Positions 30,590-41,999 of a stretch of DNA of 64,000 bases are shown piece by piece. A program made the position numbers and the translations under genes. Position 1 is the first letter of the stretch; every line of letters starts with the position of its first letter. Source of the stretch: Paraspadella gotoi. Taxonomy: Eukaryota; Animalia; Chaetognatha. The stretch spans positions 4,196,753 to 4,260,752 of the forward strand of contig JBJCIZ010000239.1 of the NCBI GenBank assembly GCA_051294375.1, in the 5' to 3' direction. The notes beneath the pieces were generated by a model. The model was given only the letters and a program-made list of their open reading frames with translations. It ran no database searches and was not told the origin of the DNA.

Positions 30590-31630
30590 TTTAACGCGTG
30601 CATGTTCAATCTTCCTCGCCCGATGCTCGGATTTCCAGCGCGTTATTTCAATCCGTTCCCTATTTAAACCACTCCTGTAAGGTCCCTCATTATGGGGAAC
30701 GCAGTGGTGGTGTACTCCTGCCCCTTTTTATGAATACATATGAGCTGAGTCGAGGTTGCTGGGGATGTGTACAGTCGGTTGGCGATGGGCCGATGTCGGT
30801 AAGTTGGCTGTAATCTAGCGACTTCGACTCGAAGCTTGGCTAGTTGTTGTCGGCGCGATTTTGGAGAGTGGCGTCCACTTCTGGAGGCTGTAGACAATGC
30901 AGCCGGGGACGGCTGATCCCTTCTCAAACACTAAATCGGCTGCCTGAGGCGCCTATGTCCCTCTTTGATTGTCGTTCTGATGGCCAAAAGCGTCATGGGA
31001 AGTTTCCGTACCATTGTTCCTCGATTTTCTTGGCTAAGGCGCTGAGGTTGATTCCTTGAGGCGTCCATGAACCTCTCACCAGGCCGTTGCCTGGGATGGT
31101 ACGCCGTTGTTGTTCTTGGTGTTTTGATCCCCCATGTTTAATGAGCTGTCTCCAACAAGGCAGAGTTAACTGTGTCGTCTGTCGGTTTGTTATCGTCGCT
31201 GGGGTACCGAAAAATAGCTTCACTCGTGGCTCAAATGCGTCCAAGATAGTTGACGTTATAGTATCCTTATTGGGATAGCTGCTGGCCATCTGGAGAATCT
31301 GTCGACTATGGTCAGTCAGGTTCGACAAATCCGTTGAGTTTGGCATCTTAACCAATCTAGGTTTATGTGTTTGAAAACGGCGTGATGGTATTCGAAATTC
31401 GCCGATTTCTGGTACACGTGACGAGTAAATTCTTTGCTGTTTGACAGTCTAGGGCACTCCCTTCGTCCACTTGGACAATCCTGGCGCATGTTTGTCACAC
31501 GAAATTTTTGCGCATAGCTTGGCGAGTGGCCTCAGACGCCACGGATGTCCTATCATGTATGAAGTGAAAACTTTTTTGCGCCACGACGCCGGGACGAATG
31601 GCCTCGCTGGCCCGTTAGAAATGTCGGCTA
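30590..31630 (-). pseudogene. Gypsy integrase (zinc-binding, core and GPY/F regions), frameshifted
   Basis: Minus-strand fragments: RPFVPASWRKKVF..H, FKHINLDLV, FSRWP-AIP, TxYHP..NGLVERF-like (~31060-31110), PLRSP-EGPYR (~30675-30705), DRVKP. No chromodomain seen. Confidence 0.85.
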
Positions 31631-32194
31631 GTAAACTCCTGTTCTCCCGACTTTTGATTTTCTAAAGGTTAATCCCGTTCCTCGCGTCTTCTGCGATTTT
31701 CCTATAAGTTCGGGGTCGAGGCGTTTTTGTTCTTGGGCCATGCCTCAAAGTTGATTTCGAATTCGTGACAGCGACGCTATCATCGCTTGTGGTCTTCCAG
31801 TTTGTCGATCTCTTTCATCTGCTTCTGCTGAGGTGAGGCAGTTGAACGGCTGGAGGCGTTGAATGATGGCGCTGGTAAGTTTGTCCGATGAGTCTGCGCG
31901 GTTTTCTCGATGACGCTGGCTGTGTTTTTGCTGCGCGTCGTTGCTGGCGTCATTGCGCTTACCGCCGCTGTTTCCTGCCGCTGCTGGCGCTTGCTGTCGT
32001 CGATCGAAAACGGCGGCGAGAGTGTCGAATGAGATGACGACATCGTGATGGCGCCGAGGATTGATGTCGACGGCGCTGTCGTCGCTGTCTGCGCTGCTGG
32101 GCGGCTGCGGTCGCTGTGGCTGCTGCTGTTGCGGCTGTCGAGGCTGATTTTTCTGCTATAGGCGCTTCCAATGTGGCGTTTGGTCGCGACAACG

Positions 32195-32560
32195 CATCGG
32201 CGACCCCGTTAGCTTTTTTCCTTTTAAGTACCTGATATCGGTTGTGAATTCTGCTATGACTGATTAGCTATATGATTGCCTGACTGTTTGTGTTCAGCCT
32301 TCTTTTTGATCGCTGGACAGAGGGCCTTTGGTGATCAGTATATAAGTAAAAGCTCTACTCGATCCAATGTCTGAAATGTCTGACGGCCTTCGAACGCGCC
32401 AAAAAGTTCTTTGTCCGAAAGGCGGCCATAATTTTTTGGTTTTTTGCCAGTTTGGTGGAACAAAGGGCCAGGGGTTCCACCTCCCCTTTGTCCTCGTTGT
32501 TCTAGCACAGCTCCGACTGCTTGGGTCGGCAGGCATCTGTTAGTGATCAGAGTTTGAGCT
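32195..32560 (-). pseudogene. Gypsy RNase H, frameshifted
   Basis: TDA...AVGAVLEQ (~32500-32545), a TDHK-like motif at ~32325-32345, and ANGVADALSR (~32185-32215). Confidence 0.8.
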
Positions 32561-32699
32561 CCTGTTCTCGATGGTGGAGCAAGGGGCTTGAATTAGGCCT
32601 TCCTTGATGCTCGAACGCCGTTCACAGTCTTCAGTCCAGTTGAAGGCATTTGGGCTTCCCGCTCACGCCTCGTAGAGAGGGTGCACAGTGTTGCTACTT

Positions 32700-33345
32700 T
32701 CGGGATAAAAAATCGCCGATAGTAGTTTGATCATTGCCCCAAAAACCTCTGCAGTTCTTGATGGTTGTTGGGGACGAGTTGTTCCTGCAGGGTTTGGACA
32801 CGTTTCGGTAATGGTCTATTTAACGCCGTTTTTCCAAAATCCGGGATTCCAACGACTCCTGCCCAATAGGCCATTTTTAGTGTTTCCACTAATCGTTGGG
32901 CCAGAGCCTTAAGACTCTTCGAGGTCTTGGTAGTGTCCTCGCTGAACGGACGAATCCAACCAAAATGTGTCGAGATAAACGAATGTATGGGGTATGTCTC
33001 CAGTATCTCATCATGAGTCCCCTCTGGAAGTCCTGTCCGGCGTTTTTTAGGCGAACGGACCATCTTGGAAGACATATAACCAAATGGTGTGATGAAACAG
33101 CGTCTTCTTAACATCCTCAGGATTGACTGGAATCTGATGAATATCTTTCAAACAGATCTATTTTTTGAGAAAATCGTTTTTCCTCTAATTGGAGATTAAA
33201 AATCACTGAGGAGTGACTGGAATATTTATCATCAAACCCAGTCTGCGCGTTTAGCCGCCTGTAATCTACCGCAGCACGCCACCCATTCAGGTTTTTCTAC
33301 GACATGGAGGGGGCTCGACGACCACTCGGATTTCCCAACGCTTGG
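32700..33345 (-). pseudogene. Gypsy reverse transcriptase, frameshifted
   Basis: SEWSSSPLHVVEKP..WR...DYRRLNAQT (33240-33330), KIDL...HQIPVNPEDV, ITPFG, FVYLD-ILV (YxDD site ~32960-32985), ELQRFLG..NYYRRF. Confidence 0.9.
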
Positions 33346-33619
33346 CGTGCCAAGTGAGACCATTTTTTCTAGCTCACGTTTTCGCTACGCTAGCTCTCTG
33401 CATCCAACGGCGGGGCTCCGAGACTGACATGGTCTCCCTTCTTACCGTTGGGATGGAGTGCGTTACCCCCAGCTTGGGTTCCTTGACCTCGAACGTGGGC
33501 GTCGACAGTGAGGGAAATGACTCAAGTTACTAAAACTTTTCCCCTGGCGTCGACGAAGTTGACGTGTGACTCTCTTCCGTCGTCGTTGAGCCGTCGATCG
33601 TTCGAGTAGTCGCGAAGGT

Positions 33620-33900
33620 CTAGTAGGAGGCCGTCCGCGGTGGTTCGGCCAGACAGTTTTCTGCTAGAAAGTCAGCTCCTAATATATGCCTGTTTTCACG
33701 TTCGGACGAACGAAGGTGTAGTGAAATTCGCGATTTCAAAGCTGCAACGATTTTGTCGACTGTCCCGAAACATTCTATTAGTGAACGTTGGCTGCTGAAG
33801 TCCTCATGTCTGGGTCCGGGCTTTCTGGCGTTGCTCTCGAGTTGGTGGTACCATGAAGAAGGAGAGCTCTCCATCTATCAGCATTTGGTCGATCTCTGGC
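33620..33900 (-). pseudogene. Retropepsin-type aspartic protease, degraded
   Basis: QMLIDG..SFFMVP at the expected catalytic-motif position and HILGADFLAEN (ILGxDFL) downstream. Confidence 0.65.
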
Positions 33901-35071
33901 GTCGCGGCATGTGGAGGAGTTATTTGGCGCCGGTGAGTGGGTTGAGGCGAGGGGGACGGCGTTCACGGCGTCGACGGCCCCCCTTTGGCGTTTCCCTCAC
34001 GCCTCTTTTGGCTTTTTCGTCGATCGTGAATCCCCCGGCTCACAGACCATGCTCGTGCAATTTACGTGTTTTTGGCAGAGGTCGTGAGGCTTTGCTTTTT
34101 GGTTTGTCCTTTTTTTCCTTGGAACTGTTTCTTCTCTTCGCCTTGAAGACTCGTTTTTTGTTGGGCGCCAATCGCGTTGACGCCTTCGCTGTCTCTGAAT
34201 CGGAGTTTTCGCTGATCTCTAGCATAATGATTGACGTTGCTGATTAGCGTCGAACGCGGATTTTATTTTGACGTTGCCTTCGTTAATCGAAATGTCGGTC
34301 GGCGATCCCGCACAGTTCTCTGCGCGATAATTCGTCCCGCTTTATCCTCGAGTTGAGCTCTAATATCGAGTGGAAGTTCACGAAGATCTTCTCTTACGTA
34401 TGTCATCAAATGTCAACGTTCTCGTCCTTCTCCTCTTTGATGGGCAAAGGAAGTTTCCCGGAAGGGGTTTTCCACAGGCCGTCCGGCGTCGAGAGTATCA
34501 AGCATTATTCGCTGTCTGCTGGCGTCGAGTCAATCCTACTCTTTTCTAAGGTATCCCTCGAGGAAGTTGGCCATTGCTGATTCTGTTGCTTCGCCATAGC
34601 GAAATTGGATTCATCCTGGGATCCCACTTTAACGCCTATTTTTGGATTCCAGATAGCGATTTCGACTTGGGGAGGTTACGCGGCGCGTTGTCGCCGCTCA
34701 ACCCTTTTAATCCAGATTTCACAATGTTTGATGGTCGAAGTCTGGCAAATCGGCTTTCCGGTTCGATGCCCGTTCCAAAGCGCGCGTGGCGGCGGCCAAA
34801 ACGGCGCGTAGCTTCGCGTTTTCGTCGTGACATTCTCTGGGGTCGCTCCGCCTGTCGCCATGTTGGCGTCCACGAAGTTTTAACCTCGCTGACTTGCTGA
34901 AACTGAAGGATGGGGCCGCGTCGGCGAAAAACCTGAGACGTTGACGCGCTCTTGAGTCCCTCTTCCGAATCCTCGTCCTGGTTTTGGAGGCTTATTTGCG
35001 TCGTCTCCCGCCTGGGTCCTCGCGTTGCGCTGGGATGAGCGGAGACGTGAGCGGATCTCTGAGTCGCCCAT
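33900..35071 (-). pseudogene. gag-like region, frameshifted
   Basis: Coding-like fragments between the 5' LTR and protease, starting at ATG 35071 (MGDSEIRSR...); APFWP...EIWIKRVE resembles the PPFW..W..xE N-terminal motif of CsRN1-type Gag. Confidence 0.55.
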
Positions 35072-35272
35072 TGAACGTTCGTGATGTCTCGTCGACGTTT
35101 TAGATCCGCGACGTGTATTGGGATAAAGATTGGAGAAGGAAGAGTGAACAGAAGATTGGGTGTATAAGCTTAAAACCAGATTCCTCGCCAATCTTACCTC
35201 GGAAAAAGACCGAGTTGGGCTTTGAATCCCCTTCTGGAAGGTTTGGCTAGGTTCTGCGGTCGTTCTCACAAG

Positions 35273-35746
35273 TGTGCGAGGCTCCAGGGTCGCGAAAGCG
35301 TTGACAAGAGTCTTGACACGTTAGTGACAGAGCACTAATGACATGACGATGATGACTTTATCGAGAGGCGGCATGTAAGCAGGGAAAGCATGTCAACGGT
35401 GATTAAGAAGCCACTTGTTTATCAATTGATTTTGTTTCATGAGATAAAAGTAGTTGATTCGATTCGGTTTTTTATTAAAACAGTTTCTCACTTTAATAAT
35501 CGTAGTCAGTTACATTTAGAAGAAGAATTAAAACATTGTCTTTCATTGATTGATCCCAGAATGTTTTATTCAGAGTGAATACAAGAGTGAAATAAAAACA
35601 GGAAAAGTAGACGTTCTCAGGTGAACAATCATAATAAAGGCAGTTTTGAATTATTACAGAGCCATATGTTATGTGAGGAAAGAATCAAACGGTTTTAACT
35701 GAAACAAAAGGTCTTCGAATCTGATTTATACAGTCAGGTGGCCACA
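35273..35746 (-). repeat. 5' LTR
   Basis: tgtgcgaggctccagggtcgcg ... caggtggccaca, followed by TSD ggaa. Confidence 0.95.
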
Positions 35747-36896
35747 GGAATGGAGGCTTTTGAAAGATGTTGTGTTTTGGGGTTTTCTATTTTTTATTCT
35801 GTCGGATTTTCCTTTCGGGTTTAAAACAAAAAAAAATTCAAGAGAGTAGGAGACGAGAAAAAAAATATTGTGGAAAATTTGTCGAAGAAGAGATTTTAAG
35901 AGTCACTTTTCAGATCAAAATGACACTGAGAGAGTTAAAAAGCCCGTTCACGGAGAGAGTTCACAATCACAGATGTAGACTTGTAACTTATATACGTCAC
36001 ATCTACTGTAAAAAAATATAATCGAACCATAAATCAATCGATCAATAATCATTCAATATCAATCAATCAATCAATCAATAGCCAATGTATAAAGGGTCTA
36101 GTTTTTCTAATATTATGGAAAACGGTTAGTTTATGGGTTAGAGTGATCGAGTTAGGTTAGGAGATTGCGGATTATGGTTAGAATCTATTAAGGTTAGGAT
36201 TAGGGTTGGTAATGAAGGTAAATTATTAGGGTTGAATATTGGAATTAAAATTAAGTTTTAAAAACAAAAGAGGTTAGGTTTATAAGTTTCATGTTTTTAA
36301 GTGACATCGAAAATGATCAATTGTTAGCGTCATCTATGACTTTAATTAAATAGGTGGTCATTTATGAACTTCTGTATGTCTTTTTTTTCAGCCCATTGTT
36401 TCATAATCACGTCAGGGAAACGAAGTTTTCTTATTTTTTTTTTTGGAATAATATTTTTTATGTTTGTTTTTAACTTTTTATTTATTTATTTTTTTGTTTC
36501 TCTTTCACGCGACGAATACACGAAGATCTTTGTATTATTTCCCTCTGTTTCGGTCTGTCTCCTACTCTCTCATCTCTCTCATCTCTCTCTCTCGTCTCTC
36601 TCTCTCTCTCCTTCTCTCTCTCTCTCTCTTCTCTCACGCCTCCCCCTCCCTCCTCCTCCCCTCATCCCACTCGCCTTCTCGAAACATTCTATTCTTTCCT
36701 TTTTTTTTAATATTTCCCCCCAATTTTTTGTCAAAACGCTTCCGCGAAAGAATTGATTTATATGTGTTTTGTATATAAAGCGTTTTTTTTTTGGGCTTTT
36801 CAATTCAACACCCCTTTTTCCTTTTTGTTGGCAGCTCCACTCGTTTTTGCGGCGATTCTGAGATCCAGCCTCATTTTTTGGGGGGGGAGGAGGGAA

Positions 36897-36956
<60 letters not shown>

Positions 36957-37165
36957 GGGAGTTTATTCTCCGCATATCTCGGCAACTTCCTCTTTGCCCT
37001 TTTTTTTTCTCAAAACGCTTTATGATTTGAGACGGGGCTTCGCTTTCCTGCTTTTACTTTTTTTCTCTTCTCTCTTTGAAGCGTCTATTTGACCACTGTC
37101 TTTCACTCTCTCTGTCCCCCCCTTCTCTCTCCCTTCTCTGTCTCTCTCTCTCTGTCTCTTCTCTG

Positions 37166-37196
<31 letters not shown>

Positions 37197-37891
37197 GCTC
37201 TCTCTCATCGTCTCTCATCTCTCTCTCTCTCTCGTCTCTCTCTCTCTCAGAATAAATCAATCAATCTCTCTGTATTGTTCTTATTAGGAAAATAAATGTT
37301 TGACATAGTTCTATCAATCAATCAACATCATCATATTATTTTTTAAGTTTTGAACTCCTTGGCCTCTTTTTTTATGTGACTCTCTTTGGCCTCTTCCGTT
37401 GCTCTTTCAAACGCGACCCCGCTCGGGCGCAGTCCGCGCTTCTCTTTTCGCCCGGTTTTACGGCCCTCACGTTCGTTTACCCAGCCCTCTCTTCTCTCTC
37501 TCTCTCCTTTCTCTCCTCTCATCTTCCGTCGTCTCTCTCTCTCTCTCTTCTCTCTTCTCTCTCTCCTCTCTCTCATCCCTTTCTTCTCCCTCTCAGCGGG
37601 GCAACGAAAAAGTGATCCGATAAGTGAAAAGGTCAGGAGGCGGGTCACGTGTTACTCACGTTCCGAGTCGCAATCCGGGGGTGTGGAAGGTCAGAGTCCA
37701 GGGATCAGGGGATGCACCCAGTCCGGGGGGGTGGGAGGGTCAGAGTCCAGGGGATCACGACCTTTTCTTCTGAAGGTCACCTACGATTCAACCCAAAACT
37801 CAAAGCATTAAATTCACGATACGAAGACCAGTGCGACAATGTGTGACCACGTGACAAGCTTGGAGATTTAATCCGACACGAAGGGAAGATC

Positions 37892-37933
37892 AGTAGTCGG
37901 GCATCTGTAGTCGGACATCTGTAGTCGGGCATC
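37892..37933. repeat. Three tandem 14-bp units GTAGTCGGRCATCT
   Basis: gtagtcgggcatct gtagtcggacatct gtagtcgggcatc, directly upstream of the SINE-like element. Confidence 0.85.
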
Positions 37934-37954
37934 GCAATAAGTTCACATTGACGA

Positions 37955-38155
37955 TAAGCATGACACCTTCAGTCGTGACTCGGTGGCTCATTGAGTATTA
38001 TAATCAGCTCATGACCATTAGGCACCGGGATCGATCCCCAATGGTACCTTCCCTGCGGGAAGCGTGAAGACGGCCGTAAACCGCCTTGAGGGGCTTGGAA
38101 AACCTTCAAGACTGGTTCCAAGCCTAGGACCCGATCCTTGGCTGCCAGAGGGGGT
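37955..38155 (+). mobile_element. tRNA-headed SINE-like element, best-preserved copy
   Basis: A-box-like TGGCTCATTGAG (37984-37995), CTCATGA anticodon-loop-like segment, B-box-like GGATCGATCC (38028-38037) at tRNA spacing; dispersed homolog at 8577 with unrelated flanks. Confidence 0.65.
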
Positions 38156-38783
38156 TAAACAAGTTTCGGTAAACACCCTTCAACCTATTTAGCGCCTTAT
38201 TCTACGCACAAAGTTTTTAAAAAAATCATCCGTCGTACCAATCACAAGGTTGTCACGCGTCAATCAATAAATCGTTAGGGGCCAATTACAAGTTCGTCAC
38301 GCATCAATCACAAAATCGCTAGTTTGTCATTTGTCTGGCGTCAATCGAAAAGTGCCAATCAGTACCTTGACTTGTTTGTCACGCACCAATCAAAAAAATA
38401 TCCTGTGAAAATCACAATCCAATCGTCTAGAAATTGAAGTGAGAGAAATCATTTGATTCTGGTTCAGTCAATCAGTCAGTCAGTGATGATGGAAGCTTCG
38501 TCCTTCACATCACGGCGATAATTAATTAGAGAACATCGATAAAATCATTAAGAATATTTCTACGTCTCTCTCTCTCTCCTCTCTCTCTCTCTCTGCTCTC
38601 CTCTCTCTCGTCTCCTCTCTCTCTCTCTTCTCTCTTTTCTTTTATTTTCGCCCTTAATTTCCTTTTTCTTTTCTTAAAAAAAAATCTTTTATTTCGAAAT
38701 GATTTTCGTTAGAAACGAGAAATTTTCGACGCTTCTTTCTCTCTTTTTAATCTTTGTCTGAATTTAGAGAGAGAGGATGAGAG

Positions 38784-38814
<31 letters not shown>

Positions 38815-39913
38815 GGAAGGAGAGAGAGAGAGAGAGAGAGGAGAGGAGAGAGATAGAGATGAGAGAAGGGGAGAGGAGAGAGAGGAAAAACGAGGAAGAG
38901 AAAGAAAGAGATTCTTCGTTTTCGTTCTTTCTGCGATTCAAATTTTTATTTTGAAAGCCCGCTAGAGAGAGAGGAAGAGAGAGAGAGAGGAGAGAGAGGA
39001 GAGAGAGAGAGAAGAGAAAAGATGAAGAGAGAGTAGAGAAAGAGAGAAAGAGAGAGAGAGAGAGAGGGAGAGGAGGAGAGAGGAAGAGAGAGATAAAAAG
39101 GGGAAAATGACGTCTTAATGATTTTCTAAGATTTTTTTTTTCCTTTTGAAAAAAAAATTTAGTTTTTTATTTTTATTTTTTTAGATGAATAAAAATAGAG
39201 AATAGAAAAAAAAAGAAAGAAATAAAAGAAACAAAAGAAAATAAAGGAAAAAGGAAAAAAAATGAAACAAAATGGAAGACAACTTAGAGGATAAAAAGGA
39301 AAGAACANNNNNNNNNNNNNNNNNNNNNNNNNNNNNNNNNNNNNNNNNNNNNNNNNNNNNNNNNNNNNNNNNNNNNNNNNNNNNNNNNNNNNNNNNNNNN
39401 NNNNNNNNNNNNNNNNNNNNNNNNNNNNNNNNNNNNNNNNNNNNNNNNNNNNNNNNNNNNNNNNNNNNNNNNNNNNNNNNNNNNNNNNNNNNNNNNNNNN
39501 NNNNNNNNNNNNNNNNNNNNNNNNNNNNNNNNNNNNNNNNNNNNNNNNNNNNNNNNNNNNNNNNNNNNNNNNNNNNNNNNNNNNNNNNNNNNNNNNNNNN
39601 NNNNNNNNNNNNNNNNNNNNNNNNNNNNNNNNNNNNNNNNNNNNNNNNNNNNNNNNNNNNNNNNNNNNNNNNNNNNNNNNAAATTTTTTTTTAGAAAAAA
39701 AAATAATAATAATAAAAAAGAAAAGTATAAATAGAGAAGATAAAAAAGAGAGAAAAAAATAGAAAAGTAAAAATAGAAAAGAAGGGAGAAGAGATTTAGA
39801 CTTTCAAATCAATTTTTTTTATATACGTGTGAGTGTGTGAGAGAGAGTGTGAGGAAATGTGAGAGGGTGACAGATGTGCTCTCGTGACACTCGCAAATGT
39901 GATTAATTTATTT

Positions 39914-39961
39914 ATCGCTGATGAAGACTCTCCCAAAAACAACAGTCGAAACATGTCCGAT
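39914..39961 (+). ncRNA. Minimal type I hammerhead ribozyme motif (Penelope-like element type)
   Basis: ATCG-CTGATGA-A-GACT(loop)AGTC-GAAA-CATG-TC^CGAT: core boxes, stem II, palindromic ACATGT stem III, and stem I ATCG/CGAT. Confidence 0.8.
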
Positions 39962-41483
39962 TTTATGTAAACATTAAAATCAAACCAATCGTGGCTGAAG
40001 CTTATTAAATCGTTTCGTTTTTTCTTCGAAATGAGAGAAATAACAGGACGTCCACAATCAGTGTTACAAATCTTCTACGACAACCTAGATTTCAAAGGCA
40101 GTCTGTCCATCAATCCATCCATCGGTCGGTCAGTTAGAAAAAGTCCATTCGATCCGTCAATGTGTCGGTCGGTAGGTTACTTCGCCTTCCTGTCCGTACA
40201 GTTCTTTTTTTTTTGGGTGGATGCGGTCCGTCAATCCGTCCGTCATTTCGATTATCCGTCCGCGCGGACGAACTTCGAAATGGTCATTGGTCCGCGTTGG
40301 TCCATCTCGCACACGCTCGAAAAAAAGTAGGGGGGGAAGAAATGACCTCGCTGAATCTTTTACGTCGTCGTCGTTGTCGTCGTCGTCGTTTTCGTCGTCG
40401 TTTTCGTCGTCGTCTTCGACCTCCAAGATTCATGACTCAACATAAAACCCAGTATTCTTTCTTTTCTTTTCTTCTTTTTCCTTTCTTTTTTTCTTTTTCT
40501 TTTCTTTTCTTCTTTTTTCTTTTCTTCTTTTTCTTTTCTTCTTTTTCTTTTCTTTTCTCTTTTTCTTTTCTTTTCTTATTTTTCTTTTCTTTTCCTCTTT
40601 TTCTTTTCTTTTCTTTTTTTTTCTTTTCTTCTTTTTTTCTTCTTTTTTTTCTTTTCTATTTTTCTTTTCTTATTTTTTTTTCTTCTTTTTCTTTTCTTTT
40701 CTATTTTTTTTCTTTTTTTCTTTTTTTTTCTTATCTTCTTTTTCTTTTCTTTTCTCTTTTTCTTCTCTTTTTTCTTCCTCTTTCCTTTATTCTTTTCTTT
40801 TTTTTTCTCTTTTTCTCTTCTTCTCTCTTTTTCTTTTCTTTTCTCTTTTTCTCTTCTCTACTTTTTTTCTTTTCTCTTTTTAAACTTTTTTCCATCTTTT
40901 CATAACTATTTTCTCCTTCCTATTATTCCTTTTTCTTCTCTTTACATACTCTCTAACTTACCTCTCTCGCCTCTTCTTTCTTTTTCCTCTCTTTCCATTC
41001 TCTTTCTTTTCTCATCCATCTTTTAAATAAAAGAAAAAAGAGAGAAAAGGAGAAAGAAAAAAAATGAATCAAATGGTTAATCGTCGTCATTTTCTTCTTC
41101 ATTTCACACATTTTTCATTCCACGCTATCTTCGTCGTCGTCGTCGTCGTCGTTATTGTCGTCCTCTTCGTCGTCGTCCCCTTGCTCGTTGTCGTCGTTCG
41201 TCTTCATTGTTGTTGTTCCTGTAATCGTTGTTTTTTTTTAGGATTTCACAAACTTCTCCTTATATTTTTAATTCATTTTTAAATTCATCATTTTCTGTTT
41301 TCTTTCTAGTATTTTAGGTCTACTTCCTTCCTTCTTCCTTCCTCCCTTTTTCCTCCCTTCCTCCCCTCCTTCCTCCCTTTCTTCCCCCCTTCCTTTCCTC
41401 CTTCCTCTCTTCCTCCCCTACTTCCTCCCTTCCTTCCTCCCTTTCTTCCTCTTCTCTTTTCTCTTCTTGTCATCGAAGGAATT

Positions 41484-41528
41484 TTAATGTTGTCCGCGCG
41501 TGTCGATCGTGAACGGTAAGTTTTCCTT
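41484..41528 (-). CDS. Possible terminal coding exon (KENLPFTIDTRGQH*)
   Basis: Acceptor ctctctctttgggtcag| after a long (CT)n tract; phase 0, matching the end of the 45240-45430 exon; no homology evidence. Confidence 0.25.
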   Translation of the reverse strand, partial: KENLPFTIDTRGQH

Positions 41529-41550
41529 CTGACCCAAAGAGAGAGGTCAA

Positions 41551-41671
<121 letters not shown>

Positions 41672-41749
41672 ACTAGAAAGACAGACAACCTACTGACAGC
41701 GGCTCATAAATGAAACCTTACCAAAAGAAAAAAGATTATGAAACATTTC

Positions 41750-41999
41750 TGGCACTCTTTTTCGAAATTCCCCATTAATCACTGAATTTTGGTTTTGATA
41801 CAAATACTTTTTCAAATCCCTAAGCTTAATCTTTATTACTTAACTTAATTCTACTCCATAACCTTAATCCTTAATCCTTAACCAAAATCCATAAACATAT
41901 CCACTAATCCTAAACCTTTATCCTAACCCTTAACTTAATCATAAAACTTACTTAATTATGAATTTAAGCCAAAAGGGGGCGCTTTTGAAAAATATGGCA
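41750..41999. mobile_element. TTAGGG-like-filled TIR element (same family as 1432-1777)
   Basis: Left tggcactctttttcgaaattccccatt; right rc tgccatatttttcaaaagcgcccccttt; interior cctaa/cttaa repeats. Confidence 0.6.

Larger units (their letters stand above)
29404..35746 (-). mobile_element. Full-length Ty3/Gypsy LTR retrotransposon (CsRN1/Kabuki-like motifs), frameshifted in this assembly
   Basis: Paired ~480-bp LTRs with TG...CA ends, 4-bp TSD GGAA (29400-29403 and 35747-35750), polypurine tract, and gag-PR-RT-RNaseH-IN order on the minus strand. Confidence 0.95.

Noticed and set aside
37976-38045. Functional tRNA gene
   Set aside because: Acceptor and anticodon stems do not pair convincingly, and homology between copies extends ~110 bp beyond the tRNA-like part.
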